A stretch of DNA of 64,000 bases from Candidatus Adlerbacteria bacterium (lineage in GTDB: Bacteria > Patescibacteriota > Minisyncoccia > Phycocordibacterales > SBAW01). The notes beneath the pieces were generated by a model, which was not told the origin of the DNA, did no database searches, and was given only the letters and a program-made list of their open reading frames with translations. Positions 1-8,603 of the stretch are shown here, piece after piece (within the stretch, counting starts at the first letter, position 1; every line of letters begins with the position of its first letter). The stretch spans positions 43,138 to 107,137 of the forward strand of contig JAPLUW010000001.1 in NCBI GenBank assembly GCA_026397405.1, read 5' to 3'. The position numbers and the translations under genes were made by a program.

Positions 1-3
1 ACA

Positions 4-2088
4 GTGGTCGCCAACAAACATATACAGGGCATTGTACAAGTAACTCGCAAAGGCGTGGGGTATCTTGCATGGCCTACGCCAGAGACAGAAACTGCATCTC
101 CAAAAGGAAAAACCAAAGAAGTAGAAGATATTGAAATAGATACAGCAAACCTGGGTGGTGCCTTAAACGGCGACACCGTGTCTGTTGAAGTTATAGACGC
201 AGGTTCACAGCCCAAAGCCTCGCCCGTAGGACGAGCACGGCCGAGGGGCAAAGTACTAAAAGTAGAAGTCCGCGCAAAAACAGAATTTGTTGCGACAGTA
301 AAAAAGACAAATGGGGTGTGGGTTGCAACCCCAGCCGACCAGCGTGTGTACCGGCCCATTACCTTGCACACTGTGCAAGAAGATTTGGCAGAGGGCACAA
401 AAGTGCTCGTGCAACTTACGTCGTTTACTGGCACCGAAGACCCACAAGGAAAAATTATCGAGGTTATTGGCACCGCAGGCGAACACCGTGTCGAGATGAA
501 CGCCATTGTCTTGGAACATGGGTTTAAAACCGAATTCCCTCCCGAGGTACTTGCCGAAGCTCGAGACATTGAAAAAAATCACGCATCTATTATTGCTTCA
601 GAAGTACCGAAACGTGCAGACTACCGCGACACACTCACGTTTACCATCGACCCGTTTGACGCTAAAGACTACGACGACGCACTTTCTATAAAAACACTAG
701 ACGCAGACACGTACGAAATTGGCGTACACATTGCCGACGCAACGTACTTCTGTGCACCGGGGACCGCTATAGACGATGAAGCTGTTAAACGCGGCACGTC
801 GGTGTACTTGGTCGACGCAACTATACCCATGCTCCCACACGAGTTGTCGGGCAATGTATGTAGTTTGAAAGCGGACGAAGACCGTTTGGCATTTTCAGCT
901 ACGTTTACTATTACAAAAGACGGCAAGGTGTTGGACCGCCGATTTGAAAAATCTGTTATACGCTCGAACAAACGTTTTACGTATGAAGAAGCCCAGGAGA
1001 TTTTAAACAGTGTCGATGGCATTAGTGCCGATGAAGGGGCTCCACAGCGCGACGGCGCGAGGACTGAGCAATTTCCTAGCAAGGAAATTGTGTACCCGGA
1101 ATCGGCAGCTGGTGCCGAGAATTTTGCGCAGGCCCTAGTAGTACTGCGTGATTTAGCCCGCGTTATGCGCCGTGCCCGCGAACAGGAAGGCGCGATAGAC
1201 TTTGGCGACAACGAAGTAAAATTTATCTTAGACGAAAAAGGCGTGCCTACGGGCGTTGTCCGTAAAGAACGTATCGAAACAAACCTGCTTATCGAAGAAT
1301 TTATGCTCTTGGCCAACCGCGAAGTAGCTAAATATGTTTCTAAACTTGCCGAAAAAAACCCTGAACACGGGCTGGTATTTTTGTACCGCATCCACGACGA
1401 CCCAAAGGAAGACCGCATAAGCGAACTTTCAACCTTTGTCCGCGCTGTCGGGTACGAATTCGGGCACGGAAAGAAAAAGTCTGCTCGTGACATTGCCCAC
1501 TTGCTTGAGCAAATTAAGGGCAAACCCGAAGAACATCTCATCCGTACCGCAACTCTGCGCAGTATGGCAAAAGCAATATATTCAACAAAAAATATCGGCC
1601 ACTTTGGCTTAGCGTTTGAATATTACACGCACTTTACGTCGCCCATTCGCCGCTACCCCGACATGCTCGTACACCGCATCCTTGCATCACACCTAAACGG
1701 CAAACCGATTACTCGCCGCGAATATGCAACGCTCGAAAAGATGTGCATCACCGCAAGCGAACAAGAGGCAAAAGCAACCTCTGCCGAGCGTGACTCTATC
1801 CGCTACAAACAGGTAGAATATTTGAGCGCGCGCGTGGGGCAGGAATTTGATGCGACAATTTCTGGCGTGACCGACTGGGGCTTATATGTCGAAGACAAAA
1901 TAAGCGCGTCCGAAGGGTTGGTGCGTGTCCGTACCATTGGCAACGACTTTTATACTCACAACCAAAAAGAATATGCGCTGGTGGGCCAGCGTACGCAAAA
2001 AAAATACACGCTCGGGGACACCGTGCGTGTAAAGTTGGTGGCGACCGACCTAGGAGCTAGGACGGCGGATTTTGAGCTAGTTCGCTAG
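4..2088 (+). CDS. rnr: Ribonuclease R (RNB-family 3'-5' exoribonuclease with C-terminal S1 domain). Probably 5'-truncated by the window edge: the ORF opens with GTG at position 4 and is in frame from position 1.
   Basis: RNB catalytic signature HFGLAFEYYTHFTSPIRRYPDMLVHR, N-terminal cold-shock-like region and C-terminal S1-like region (GQEFDATISGVTDWGLYV). Confidence 0.88.
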   Translation: MVANKHIQGIVQVTRKGVGYLAWPTPETETASPKGKTKEVEDIEIDTANLGGALNGDTVSVEVIDAGSQPKASPVGRARPRGKVLKVEVRAKTEFVATVKKTNGVWVATPADQRVYRPITLHTVQEDLAEGTKVLVQLTSFTGTEDPQGKIIEVIGTAGEHRVEMNAIVLEHGFKTEFPPEVLAEARDIEKNHASIIASEVPKRADYRDTLTFTIDPFDAKDYDDALSIKTLDADTYEIGVHIADATYFCAPGTAIDDEAVKRGTSVYLVDATIPMLPHELSGNVCSLKADEDRLAFSATFTITKDGKVLDRRFEKSVIRSNKRFTYEEAQEILNSVDGISADEGAPQRDGARTEQFPSKEIVYPESAAGAENFAQALVVLRDLARVMRRAREQEGAIDFGDNEVKFILDEKGVPTGVVRKERIETNLLIEEFMLLANREVAKYVSKLAEKNPEHGLVFLYRIHDDPKEDRISELSTFVRAVGYEFGHGKKKSARDIAHLLEQIKGKPEEHLIRTATLRSMAKAIYSTKNIGHFGLAFEYYTHFTSPIRRYPDMLVHRILASHLNGKPITRREYATLEKMCITASEQEAKATSAERDSIRYKQVEYLSARVGQEFDATISGVTDWGLYVEDKISASEGLVRVRTIGNDFYTHNQKEYALVGQRTQKKYTLGDTVRVKLVATDLGARTADFELVR

Positions 2089-2092
2089 AGAC

Positions 2093-2275
2093 TTAGTCGA
2101 GGTCGTCTTCCAACAACAAGTCTTGAACACTTCTCGGCAGATGTTGAAGCTCTTCATCCGGAACTTGTTGAGTTCCTCCAAAAGCCGCCGAACCTTCCTT
2201 AGGCCAGCGATGAATTTCATGGTCGACGAGAGTAAACTTGAAGTCGCCAGCTTCCACAACCTTGGGTTTTGACAA
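2093..2275 (-). CDS. Small hypothetical protein (~60 aa) directly downstream of smc. Start assigned to a TTG 5 nt after an AAGGAGG Shine-Dalgarno.
   Basis: ORF 2093..2299 minus strand. The GGAGG sits inside the ORF just upstream of an in-frame TTG. It lies 22 bp after the smc stop on the same strand. No recognisable domain. Confidence 0.3.
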   Translation of the reverse strand: MSKPKVVEAGDFKFTLVDHEIHRWPKEGSAAFGGTQQVPDEELQHLPRSVQDLLLEDDLD

Positions 2276-2320
2276 TACTGCCTCCTTGTACGTTACCAAA
2301 AATACTATACAACTTTTTTA

Positions 2321-4561
2321 TTATTTTGCCACTGCAACAGCTTCTTCAAATTTAACCGACAAGAGTTTGGACACACCGTCTTGCCCCATAGTCACACCGT
2401 ACAAAACTCCGGCACGGCTCATTGTTTCGCGGTTGTGGGTTATCAAAATAAGCTGCGACTTTTCCGCCAAACTCTCTATCATGTCCCCATAGCGGCGCGA
2501 GTTTGCTTCGTCGAGCGCCGCGTCAGTTTCGTCCAGTATCAAAAATGGTGGTGGGTTAACTTGGCTCATTGCAAAAATAAGCGCGATTGAAGTAAGCGCA
2601 CGCTCCCCACCCGAAAGCATATGGAGGCCTTTGATGCGTTTGTGAGGCAAGGCAATGGTTATCTCCACTCCCTCTTCGATACCCCCTTCATCTTTTTCCC
2701 TAAACTGATCTTCTGAAAGATCAGTCGGGCGACCGCTCCCACGGAGCGGTTTAGTCTCTTTCACTATTGCGAGTACTGCCGAGCCCCCACCAAACATCAG
2801 CTTAAAGAAGCGGTCAAACTCGCTGTTTATTTTTTCAATTCCTTCAACAAATTTTACCTGCAACGTTTTAGTCAGCTCTTCAATAAGCTCACGCAAAGAC
2901 TGGGCCGACACTTCTAGGTCGGCAATTTCGCGCGCCAAAAACGCATCACGCTCGGCGGTTTCCGCATGCTCTTTCAACACTTCGGCAGAGTTGCCGGCAC
3001 CAAGTTCTTCCAAACGGATCTTCATGCGCTCCAACTTGCGGCGCCTGTCTTCCTGCACACTTCGAGCCTCTTCCGCAATGTCTGCGTCAGACACTACTTC
3101 CCCGCTTGCCGCACGGACTTCATACTCTTCATAGTTGCTTATAGCACGCCCAATAAGCACCGCTGCTTCGCCCAGTTCTTGTTTAAACTGCTCGCGCTCA
3201 CGGGTAAGTTTTTCTTCCCCGGCACGGGCCGCAGCCAGCACAGTTTCCAGCTCACTGCGGCGTGCCATAGCAGCAAAGAGTTCGCGCTCGGCTTCTCTGT
3301 TTGCGTCTTTTTCGCCTTCGATTTTTGTCCGCAAGGCACGCACCGCACTAGCAACACGCTCACTTTCGACTCGGAGAGTCTGTACTTCCTGCTCCAGTAC
3401 TTCTTTTCTTTTTCGTAGTTCTTCCAACGAATGTTCAGCAGCAGTGTTTGTGTGCGTCATGCGACGCAGAAATTCTTTTGCAAATACCACAAGTGCGGAC
3501 AGGCGGTTTTTTATTTGTGCAACGTCCAGGTTTAGTGTTTCTTCCAAATCTTTTTCTACCTGCTCTGCAAACGCACGCACGTCAGCGGCCGGAACAGACT
3601 CTTCTACTGTTTTAGAAATCCGCTCGTGCGCGTGCATCTCGCCTTCAATACGGCCAAGTTCGCGCACGACCTCCCCTTCACGAGCGCCAGCCGCACGCCC
3701 CGCCTGTTCCAGCCCAACTAACTCCGACGCACCGCTGTCGCCCTGCTTTTTAGCAACTTCGCCACGCAAATGGGCAATAGTTTGGTTTAACTGTGTGTGC
3801 TCTTCTTTTGGTGTGTCGTTTTCCTCTGCAAGGATACTTGCCGCAACACGCAAATATACGCTTTCGCGTTTAAAATATTCCAAATATGCGTCGGTCGTCT
3901 CGTTTCGCAACTGTTCCGACTGCTCAATTTTTTTGACTTGGTTTTGTAAAAAACGCAGGTGGGGCGCAAGTTCGCGGCGCAAACTACTTACCTCACGCAT
4001 GTTCTCGGCTGTCTTTTCCAACTTCCTCTCGGCCTCAACTTTTTTATATAAATATGCGGTCAACCCAAGCGCATCTTCTATCATCTCTCTGCGCTCGCGT
4101 GCACTGGCAGACAGTGCACGGTCGGCTTCGCCTTGCGAGATAATATGGTGCCCGGTTGCACCAATGTTCGCCTGCGAAAGGAGTTCGGAAATGTCACGCA
4201 GGCGCACTTGGCTGCCGTTTAGCAAGTAGTCGTTGCCCCCGTCTCGGTACACAACGCGCTCGAGTGCAACTTCGTCAAAGTCTAAATTTAATGCGCGGTC
4301 GCTATTGTCGAATACAAGTTTGACCGACGCTCGGCCACCTCGGGGCACCGCGGCCGAGCCGTTCCAGATCATGTCTTCGCCCCGTTTGCCGCGCATCGAC
4401 TTCATCGACTGCTCGCCAAGCACAAAACGAAAGCTTTCGGCAATGTTACTTTTACCCGAACCGTTCGGCCCCACCACAGACGTAATAGCCGACGCAAATT
4501 CTAACTGCGTCTTTTTAGCAAACGACTTAAACCCGCTTAGTTCTATCGACTTTAACCTCAT
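2321..4561 (-). CDS. smc: SMC-family chromosome condensation ATPase, unusually short (746 aa) with no recognisable hinge domain.
   Basis: N-terminus MRLKSIELSGFKSFAKK...VVGPNGSGKSNIAESFRFVLGEQS (Walker A). C-terminus LSGGERALTSIALIFAMSQ...FLILDETDAALDEAN (ABC signature plus Walker B/D-loop). Long coiled-coil middle. Confidence 0.82.
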   Translation of the reverse strand: MRLKSIELSGFKSFAKKTQLEFASAITSVVGPNGSGKSNIAESFRFVLGEQSMKSMRGKRGEDMIWNGSAAVPRGGRASVKLVFDNSDRALNLDFDEVALERVVYRDGGNDYLLNGSQVRLRDISELLSQANIGATGHHIISQGEADRALSASARERREMIEDALGLTAYLYKKVEAERKLEKTAENMREVSSLRRELAPHLRFLQNQVKKIEQSEQLRNETTDAYLEYFKRESVYLRVAASILAEENDTPKEEHTQLNQTIAHLRGEVAKKQGDSGASELVGLEQAGRAAGAREGEVVRELGRIEGEMHAHERISKTVEESVPAADVRAFAEQVEKDLEETLNLDVAQIKNRLSALVVFAKEFLRRMTHTNTAAEHSLEELRKRKEVLEQEVQTLRVESERVASAVRALRTKIEGEKDANREAERELFAAMARRSELETVLAAARAGEEKLTREREQFKQELGEAAVLIGRAISNYEEYEVRAASGEVVSDADIAEEARSVQEDRRRKLERMKIRLEELGAGNSAEVLKEHAETAERDAFLAREIADLEVSAQSLRELIEELTKTLQVKFVEGIEKINSEFDRFFKLMFGGGSAVLAIVKETKPLRGSGRPTDLSEDQFREKDEGGIEEGVEITIALPHKRIKGLHMLSGGERALTSIALIFAMSQVNPPPFLILDETDAALDEANSRRYGDMIESLAEKSQLILITHNRETMSRAGVLYGVTMGQDGVSKLLSVKFEEAVAVAK

Positions 4562-4684
4562 TGAGCTTTAAGTATACCAAAAGAAACACCGCTATTGACA
4601 ATTTGCTATTATTAGTTCAAGCTACTAACTAGCGTAGCCTACGCGTACCTTACACAACACATTCAGAAAGAAAGACGGTGTACT

Positions 4685-5875
4685 ATGGCTAACTCTAGCC
4701 CGACTCCTCCCTGCCCCGGCAATGTCACGTTCGAACACGTCGCAGGCATCGCCTCTGGCTACCTCGTGATGACGAAGGACAACAAGCGTGTCTTGCCGAC
4801 CTTCAAGCTCGGAGGAAACGATTTCTTCGCCCAAAAGCACGTCCGTGACAAGCGCCTATTCTGGCGAGACATCACAGAACTCTTCGCCATATCGGGTCTC
4901 GGCGGCCAATTCCAGATGGTCGTCAAGGGCAAGCTCCCCGGCCGGCACCATACCAAGGGTCTCACTCTTGGCATACCTGCTGCCGGCGGGGCGATCTTCA
5001 GTATCCACTACGGGTCCAACGACGACCGGTTCGAATCCATGGTCGTTGCCCCACACGGTATGGACTCGAACCACTTCACCGGCCTCCTGAAAACCGGCAA
5101 GGGGCTGCTCGATAAGGAGACCGCCGACCAGGCGCTGGAACGTAGAGCCAGGTACGGACAAGCAGGGCAGGAACTCTTCGCACAGGAGGTGAAGAAGTTC
5201 GCGGAAAAGAAGCCCGTTGCTGCGGCCCCTCCACAGGCCAAAGCTGCGCCAGCTCCTGTTCCGACTCCTCCGCCGGCTCAACCACCCACACCAGCGGTTC
5301 CTGCTCCGGCAACCCTTCCAAAGGTTGCTACTCCTCGCAGTAAGGCGCTCTCTTCCGATTCCACCTCCATGACGCTCTATATGGAGGAACTCGGAAAGCA
5401 CGCCACACCCGACGGATACGTCAGCCGGGCAGACTGTCTTCGGGTTCTCGTGGACCAGTCGTTCGTCCAAGGACAGGGTGCTGGATCTGTCTTGGCCAGC
5501 CTCATCCGCGACGAACACCTTGTAACGTCATCGCAGAGTGAGAACTGGCTCAGCTTTGGCTCCAAGTGGCAGAAGTTGGCCAACACGCCTTCACTGCCTG
5601 CAGCTGGATTGAGCGACATCCAGCAGCTCACTGCCGTGACTACCGAGGAACGGGAGCTCCGCACACAACGGGAAGCTGTTGTGGCAGATATCGGCCGTCT
5701 CGAGTCGGAAGTCACCCGTATCGAGAGATTGCTGCAAACGCAGCGCGAGGTGCTCGCCACTTCACAAGCCGGACTGCAGGAAATCAACACGAAGCTCGCT
5801 GACCCGAAGTACGCGTCAGCGCGCGAACACGTCGAGATGATCCGTAGGCTCCTTTCGGATGGTTCCACCTCCTAG
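4685..5875 (+). CDS. Hypothetical protein on a GC-rich island (about 60% GC). Has an N-terminal globular region, a Pro/Ala-rich linker and a C-terminal coiled coil.
   Basis: Continuous 396-aa ORF with strong C/G third-position bias unlike its neighbours. Hairpin terminator immediately after the stop. Linker sequence PVAAAPPQAKAAPAPVPTPPPAQPPTPAVPAPA. Confidence 0.6.
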   Translation: MANSSPTPPCPGNVTFEHVAGIASGYLVMTKDNKRVLPTFKLGGNDFFAQKHVRDKRLFWRDITELFAISGLGGQFQMVVKGKLPGRHHTKGLTLGIPAAGGAIFSIHYGSNDDRFESMVVAPHGMDSNHFTGLLKTGKGLLDKETADQALERRARYGQAGQELFAQEVKKFAEKKPVAAAPPQAKAAPAPVPTPPPAQPPTPAVPAPATLPKVATPRSKALSSDSTSMTLYMEELGKHATPDGYVSRADCLRVLVDQSFVQGQGAGSVLASLIRDEHLVTSSQSENWLSFGSKWQKLANTPSLPAAGLSDIQQLTAVTTEERELRTQREAVVADIGRLESEVTRIERLLQTQREVLATSQAGLQEINTKLADPKYASAREHVEMIRRLLSDGSTS

Positions 5876-5883
5876 ACCTACTA

Positions 5884-5916
5884 CCCCCAGCCATTCCAGG
5901 CTGGGGTTTTCTTTTC
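5884..5916 (+). terminator. Rho-independent terminator for the 4685..5875 gene.
   Basis: CCCCAGCC-ATTCCA-GGCTGGGG hairpin followed by TTTTCTTTTC. Confidence 0.65.
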
Positions 5917-5935
5917 TATAAATTAAATTGTTGTT

Positions 5936-6628
5936 TTACCACCCCTTTGCTTCAAGTGCGGCGCGTGCAGCAGACTGTTCGGCTTCTTGTTTTGACTTAC
6001 CTTCGCCCTGTGCCATCAGTGTGTCTTTAACATACACACCGACAATAAAATGTTTGTCGTGGTCGGGACCAGTTTCCTTCACAACGCTGTAGTACGGGGT
6101 TGAGCCTTCGTGCTCCTGCACTTTTTCCTGCAACCCAGACTTTGCATCTTGCCACAAACGCTGCTTTACAATCTCGTCAATTTTTGGAAAGAGGTGTTCG
6201 GAAATAAATTGTTTGGCAGAGTCGTATCCAAGGTCCAAGTAAATTGCACCCACAACTGCTTCAAACGCGTTCGCCAAAAGCATCTGCCGTGCACGGCCAT
6301 TGTCTTTTGCCTCCCCTTTGGAAAGCAGCAAATAGTCGTTCATCCCAATTGCTGACGCGACTTCCGAAAGTGTAATTGCATTAACAAGTGCCGCGCGGTA
6401 TGCGGTTAAGTCGCCTTCGTTGCGGTCGGCGTATTTTTCATACAAAAAGTGCGTCGAAATAAGTTCGAGCACTGCGTCGCCCAAAAATTCCAAACGTTCG
6501 TTGTGGCCGTGTACTTCGCCCCGGTGCTCGTTTATATACGAGCGGTGGGTAAAGGCCTGCCGTAGGAGGTTAGAGTCGTTAAATGTGAGACCTATTTTTT
6601 CTTCAAACGACCCAAAATCTTTTTCCAT
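5936..6628 (-). CDS. rnc: Ribonuclease III.
   Basis: RNase III signature ERLEFLGDAVLEL and ...NAFEAVVGAIYLD, plus a C-terminal dsRBD. Confidence 0.92.
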   Translation of the reverse strand: MEKDFGSFEEKIGLTFNDSNLLRQAFTHRSYINEHRGEVHGHNERLEFLGDAVLELISTHFLYEKYADRNEGDLTAYRAALVNAITLSEVASAIGMNDYLLLSKGEAKDNGRARQMLLANAFEAVVGAIYLDLGYDSAKQFISEHLFPKIDEIVKQRLWQDAKSGLQEKVQEHEGSTPYYSVVKETGPDHDKHFIVGVYVKDTLMAQGEGKSKQEAEQSAARAALEAKGW

Positions 6629-6633
6629 GCGGT

Positions 6634-7539
6634 TTATTTTTTAGTTAATTTCTGTATTGCTGTCGTGACAATAGGAAGCATGTCGTCATAAAAATTGAGT
6701 TCAAGCGCATCCTGCATGCGGAACCACTTTGCGTCGTCGAGCCCGCCCTTTTGTTCGAGCTGTAATTCTTTGTACGGCGACTCTGCCAAAAAGTACGTCA
6801 CGTGTTTGCGCTTTTTACCTACTTTAGGGTCGCTCGCAACATATTCGTTTTCTCCTATTTTTTCTTTTATCTCAATGCTCAGACCAATTTCTTCCTTTAT
6901 TTCACGCATCGTGCCCTCTTCGATAGTTTCGTTTGCAATGTCGGGGTTGTCGCCAATTTTGCCCTTAGACAAGGTCCAGTGGCCAAAAATGTCATGCACC
7001 AGCGCCAAATAAATGTCGCCACCATGTTTTGCGTACACGACAGCACCACCCAAATGCTGCACGGGCAGTTCTTCATACGGGACATCTTTTCTTTTTTTAG
7101 AGACCTCGTCTTTGCCGGGCTCGCCCAGTTCTTTATACACAGCGCCGAGCACACCGTTAACAAACCGACCGCTGTTTTCGCCGCCAAAGTTTTTGGCAAG
7201 TTCAATCGCTTCGTTTATAGCAACCTTTGCAGGCACCTTTTCGCGGTCGGCAAACAAAAGTTCGTACAACCCAAGGCGTAGGACATTTCTGTCGACAAGT
7301 GCAATACGGTCCAAGGGCCACTCGGGTGCAGCTTTTTCAATAACTAAGTCGAGGTCAGCTTTGCGCGCAACTGTGCCACGCAACAAATCTTCCATAAATG
7401 GAAGATCGCCCGCAGCCGGAGCAAATTCGCCCGCGTTACGCATGAGAGCTTCTTCTATAAAGTCATTTTTGCAATCACGAAAGTCCCACTCGAAGAGAGT
7501 CTGGAGAACTACTGACCGTGAAAGGTGTCTGTTTGCCAT
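6634..7539 (-). CDS. nusB: NusB antitermination factor fused to a C-terminal NUDIX hydrolase domain.
   Basis: The N-terminal ~140 aa is NusB-like (LSRSVVLQTLFEWDF...RFVNGVLGAVYKE). The C-terminal ~150 aa has the Nudix box GTMREIKEEIGLS (GX5EX7REUXEEXGU). Start assigned to the ATG at 7539 (MANRHL...). Confidence 0.8.
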   Translation of the reverse strand: MANRHLSRSVVLQTLFEWDFRDCKNDFIEEALMRNAGEFAPAAGDLPFMEDLLRGTVARKADLDLVIEKAAPEWPLDRIALVDRNVLRLGLYELLFADREKVPAKVAINEAIELAKNFGGENSGRFVNGVLGAVYKELGEPGKDEVSKKRKDVPYEELPVQHLGGAVVYAKHGGDIYLALVHDIFGHWTLSKGKIGDNPDIANETIEEGTMREIKEEIGLSIEIKEKIGENEYVASDPKVGKKRKHVTYFLAESPYKELQLEQKGGLDDAKWFRMQDALELNFYDDMLPIVTTAIQKLTKK

Positions 7540-7660
7540 ATGTGCTCCGCGTATGTGCGGAAAAGAACTTACGAACCTTAGAACCAGAAGCAAATCAAGA
7601 ATGGATCCTGCCTTACCTCTACCCCCAGAACCGACGTTGCAGTCGGCTCCTCGACTCTGC

Positions 7661-7885
7661 CTATTTTGTAGGCGCCGAGGCTTTTGCCTTACGTACTGCT
7701 TTTTTTTGTGCCTTAGCAGCTACATCGACAACAACACGGCCACGATACCGGCCGCACGATGGACATGCACGGTGAGATACACGCGTTGCACCGCACTCGC
7801 ATTTTGCGAGCGTCTGTGCGACTAGGGCATGGTGCGAACGGCGGTTTGCCGTATGCGCCCTCGTATGTCTCATCCTCACTACCAT
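7661..7885 (-). CDS. rpmF: 50S ribosomal protein L32. It is hidden inside a longer spurious ORF in the supplied track.
   Basis: MVVRMRHTRAHTANRRSHHALVAQTLAKCECGATRVSHRACPSCGRYRGRVV matches the L32 pattern (RR-SH-AL ... C-x-x-CG ... H-R-x-C-x-x-CG-x-Y-x-G). Confidence 0.75.
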   Translation of the reverse strand: MVVRMRHTRAHTANRRSHHALVAQTLAKCECGATRVSHRACPSCGRYRGRVVVDVAAKAQKKAVRKAKASAPTK

Positions 7886-7964
7886 GCCGCAACCATACCA
7901 AAAAGAGCTTAAAAAGACAAGGCGCGGGCCGTGGATTACTCGAGCCGGACTAGGAGCCGTGGCT

Positions 7965-8558
7965 TTAGTGGCAAAAGGTCTTTCGGTGCATCTCTGACAG
8001 CCCAAACTTTTGTATCGCATCCCTGTGGGCTTTTGTTCCATACCCTTTATGGACCTCAAAGCTGTACTCTGGGAACTCGCCTGCGCGCCTACACATAAGG
8101 CGGTCGCGCGAAACTTTTGCAACGATAGATGCCAAAGAAATAACCGGTTCACTCGCATCGCCGCGGATTATTGTTTGCTGCGCATATTCGGGAGGCGCGT
8201 GCAGCAAACCATCTAACAGAACGTGCACATTTTTTGTATCCGGTGAGAGCTTTTTTACTCCTTTATATACACACCCTCGCACTGCTTTTGTAATACCTAC
8301 AGTATCTATTATCTGCGCACTACTAAACTCCACACAAAAATCTATCTTCCCCTCCTTTCTATATATACATGCACGCGCGTAAATTTCTTCGCGCTTTTTT
8401 TCAGTAACTTTTTTTGAATCTCCAACTCCGGGGAATGCTTTTTTGATATCAAAATTTTCTGGTGCAGAAACAACCCCAATAGCAACCGGTCCCGCCAAGG
8501 GTCCTCTGCCAGCTTCATCAACGCCAATTAAAATTTTTACCACACTTGCAGTATACAA
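7965..8558 (-). CDS. rnhB: Ribonuclease HII.
   Basis: ILIGVDEAGRGPLAGPVAIGVV signature, 197 aa. Confidence 0.9.
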   Translation of the reverse strand: MYTASVVKILIGVDEAGRGPLAGPVAIGVVSAPENFDIKKAFPGVGDSKKVTEKKREEIYARACIYRKEGKIDFCVEFSSAQIIDTVGITKAVRGCVYKGVKKLSPDTKNVHVLLDGLLHAPPEYAQQTIIRGDASEPVISLASIVAKVSRDRLMCRRAGEFPEYSFEVHKGYGTKAHRDAIQKFGLSEMHRKTFCH

Positions 8559-8603
8559 AAAGAAAACCCTCGGCCAGCGTGGAGCGCTAGCCGAGGGCCG
8601 TGG

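Noticed and set aside
256-1541. Several 60-290-aa ORFs antisense to or overlapping rnr
   Set aside because: All lie inside the RNase R gene on the other strand or in alternate frames. No support.
3135-4229. 364-aa plus-strand ORF antisense to smc
   Set aside because: Ser/Arg/Ala-rich low-complexity translation of the smc coiled-coil antisense strand. No start context. smc on the other strand has unambiguous motifs.
4595-4684. TTGACA hexamer in the smc / 4685-gene divergent intergenic region as a sigma-70 promoter
   Set aside because: No acceptable -10 hexamer at 16-18 bp spacing (TATTAT is only 6 bp away), so it cannot be called a promoter from sequence alone.
5020-5045. GGTTCGAATCC (tRNA T-loop consensus) inside the 4685..5875 CDS
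   Set aside because: No cloverleaf can be folded around it (no acceptor, D or anticodon arms). It sits in frame within a continuous ORF. Chance occurrence.
7013-7825. 270-aa plus-strand ORF across nusB and rpmF
   Set aside because: Antisense to two recognisable genes. Ser/Pro-rich, no domain.
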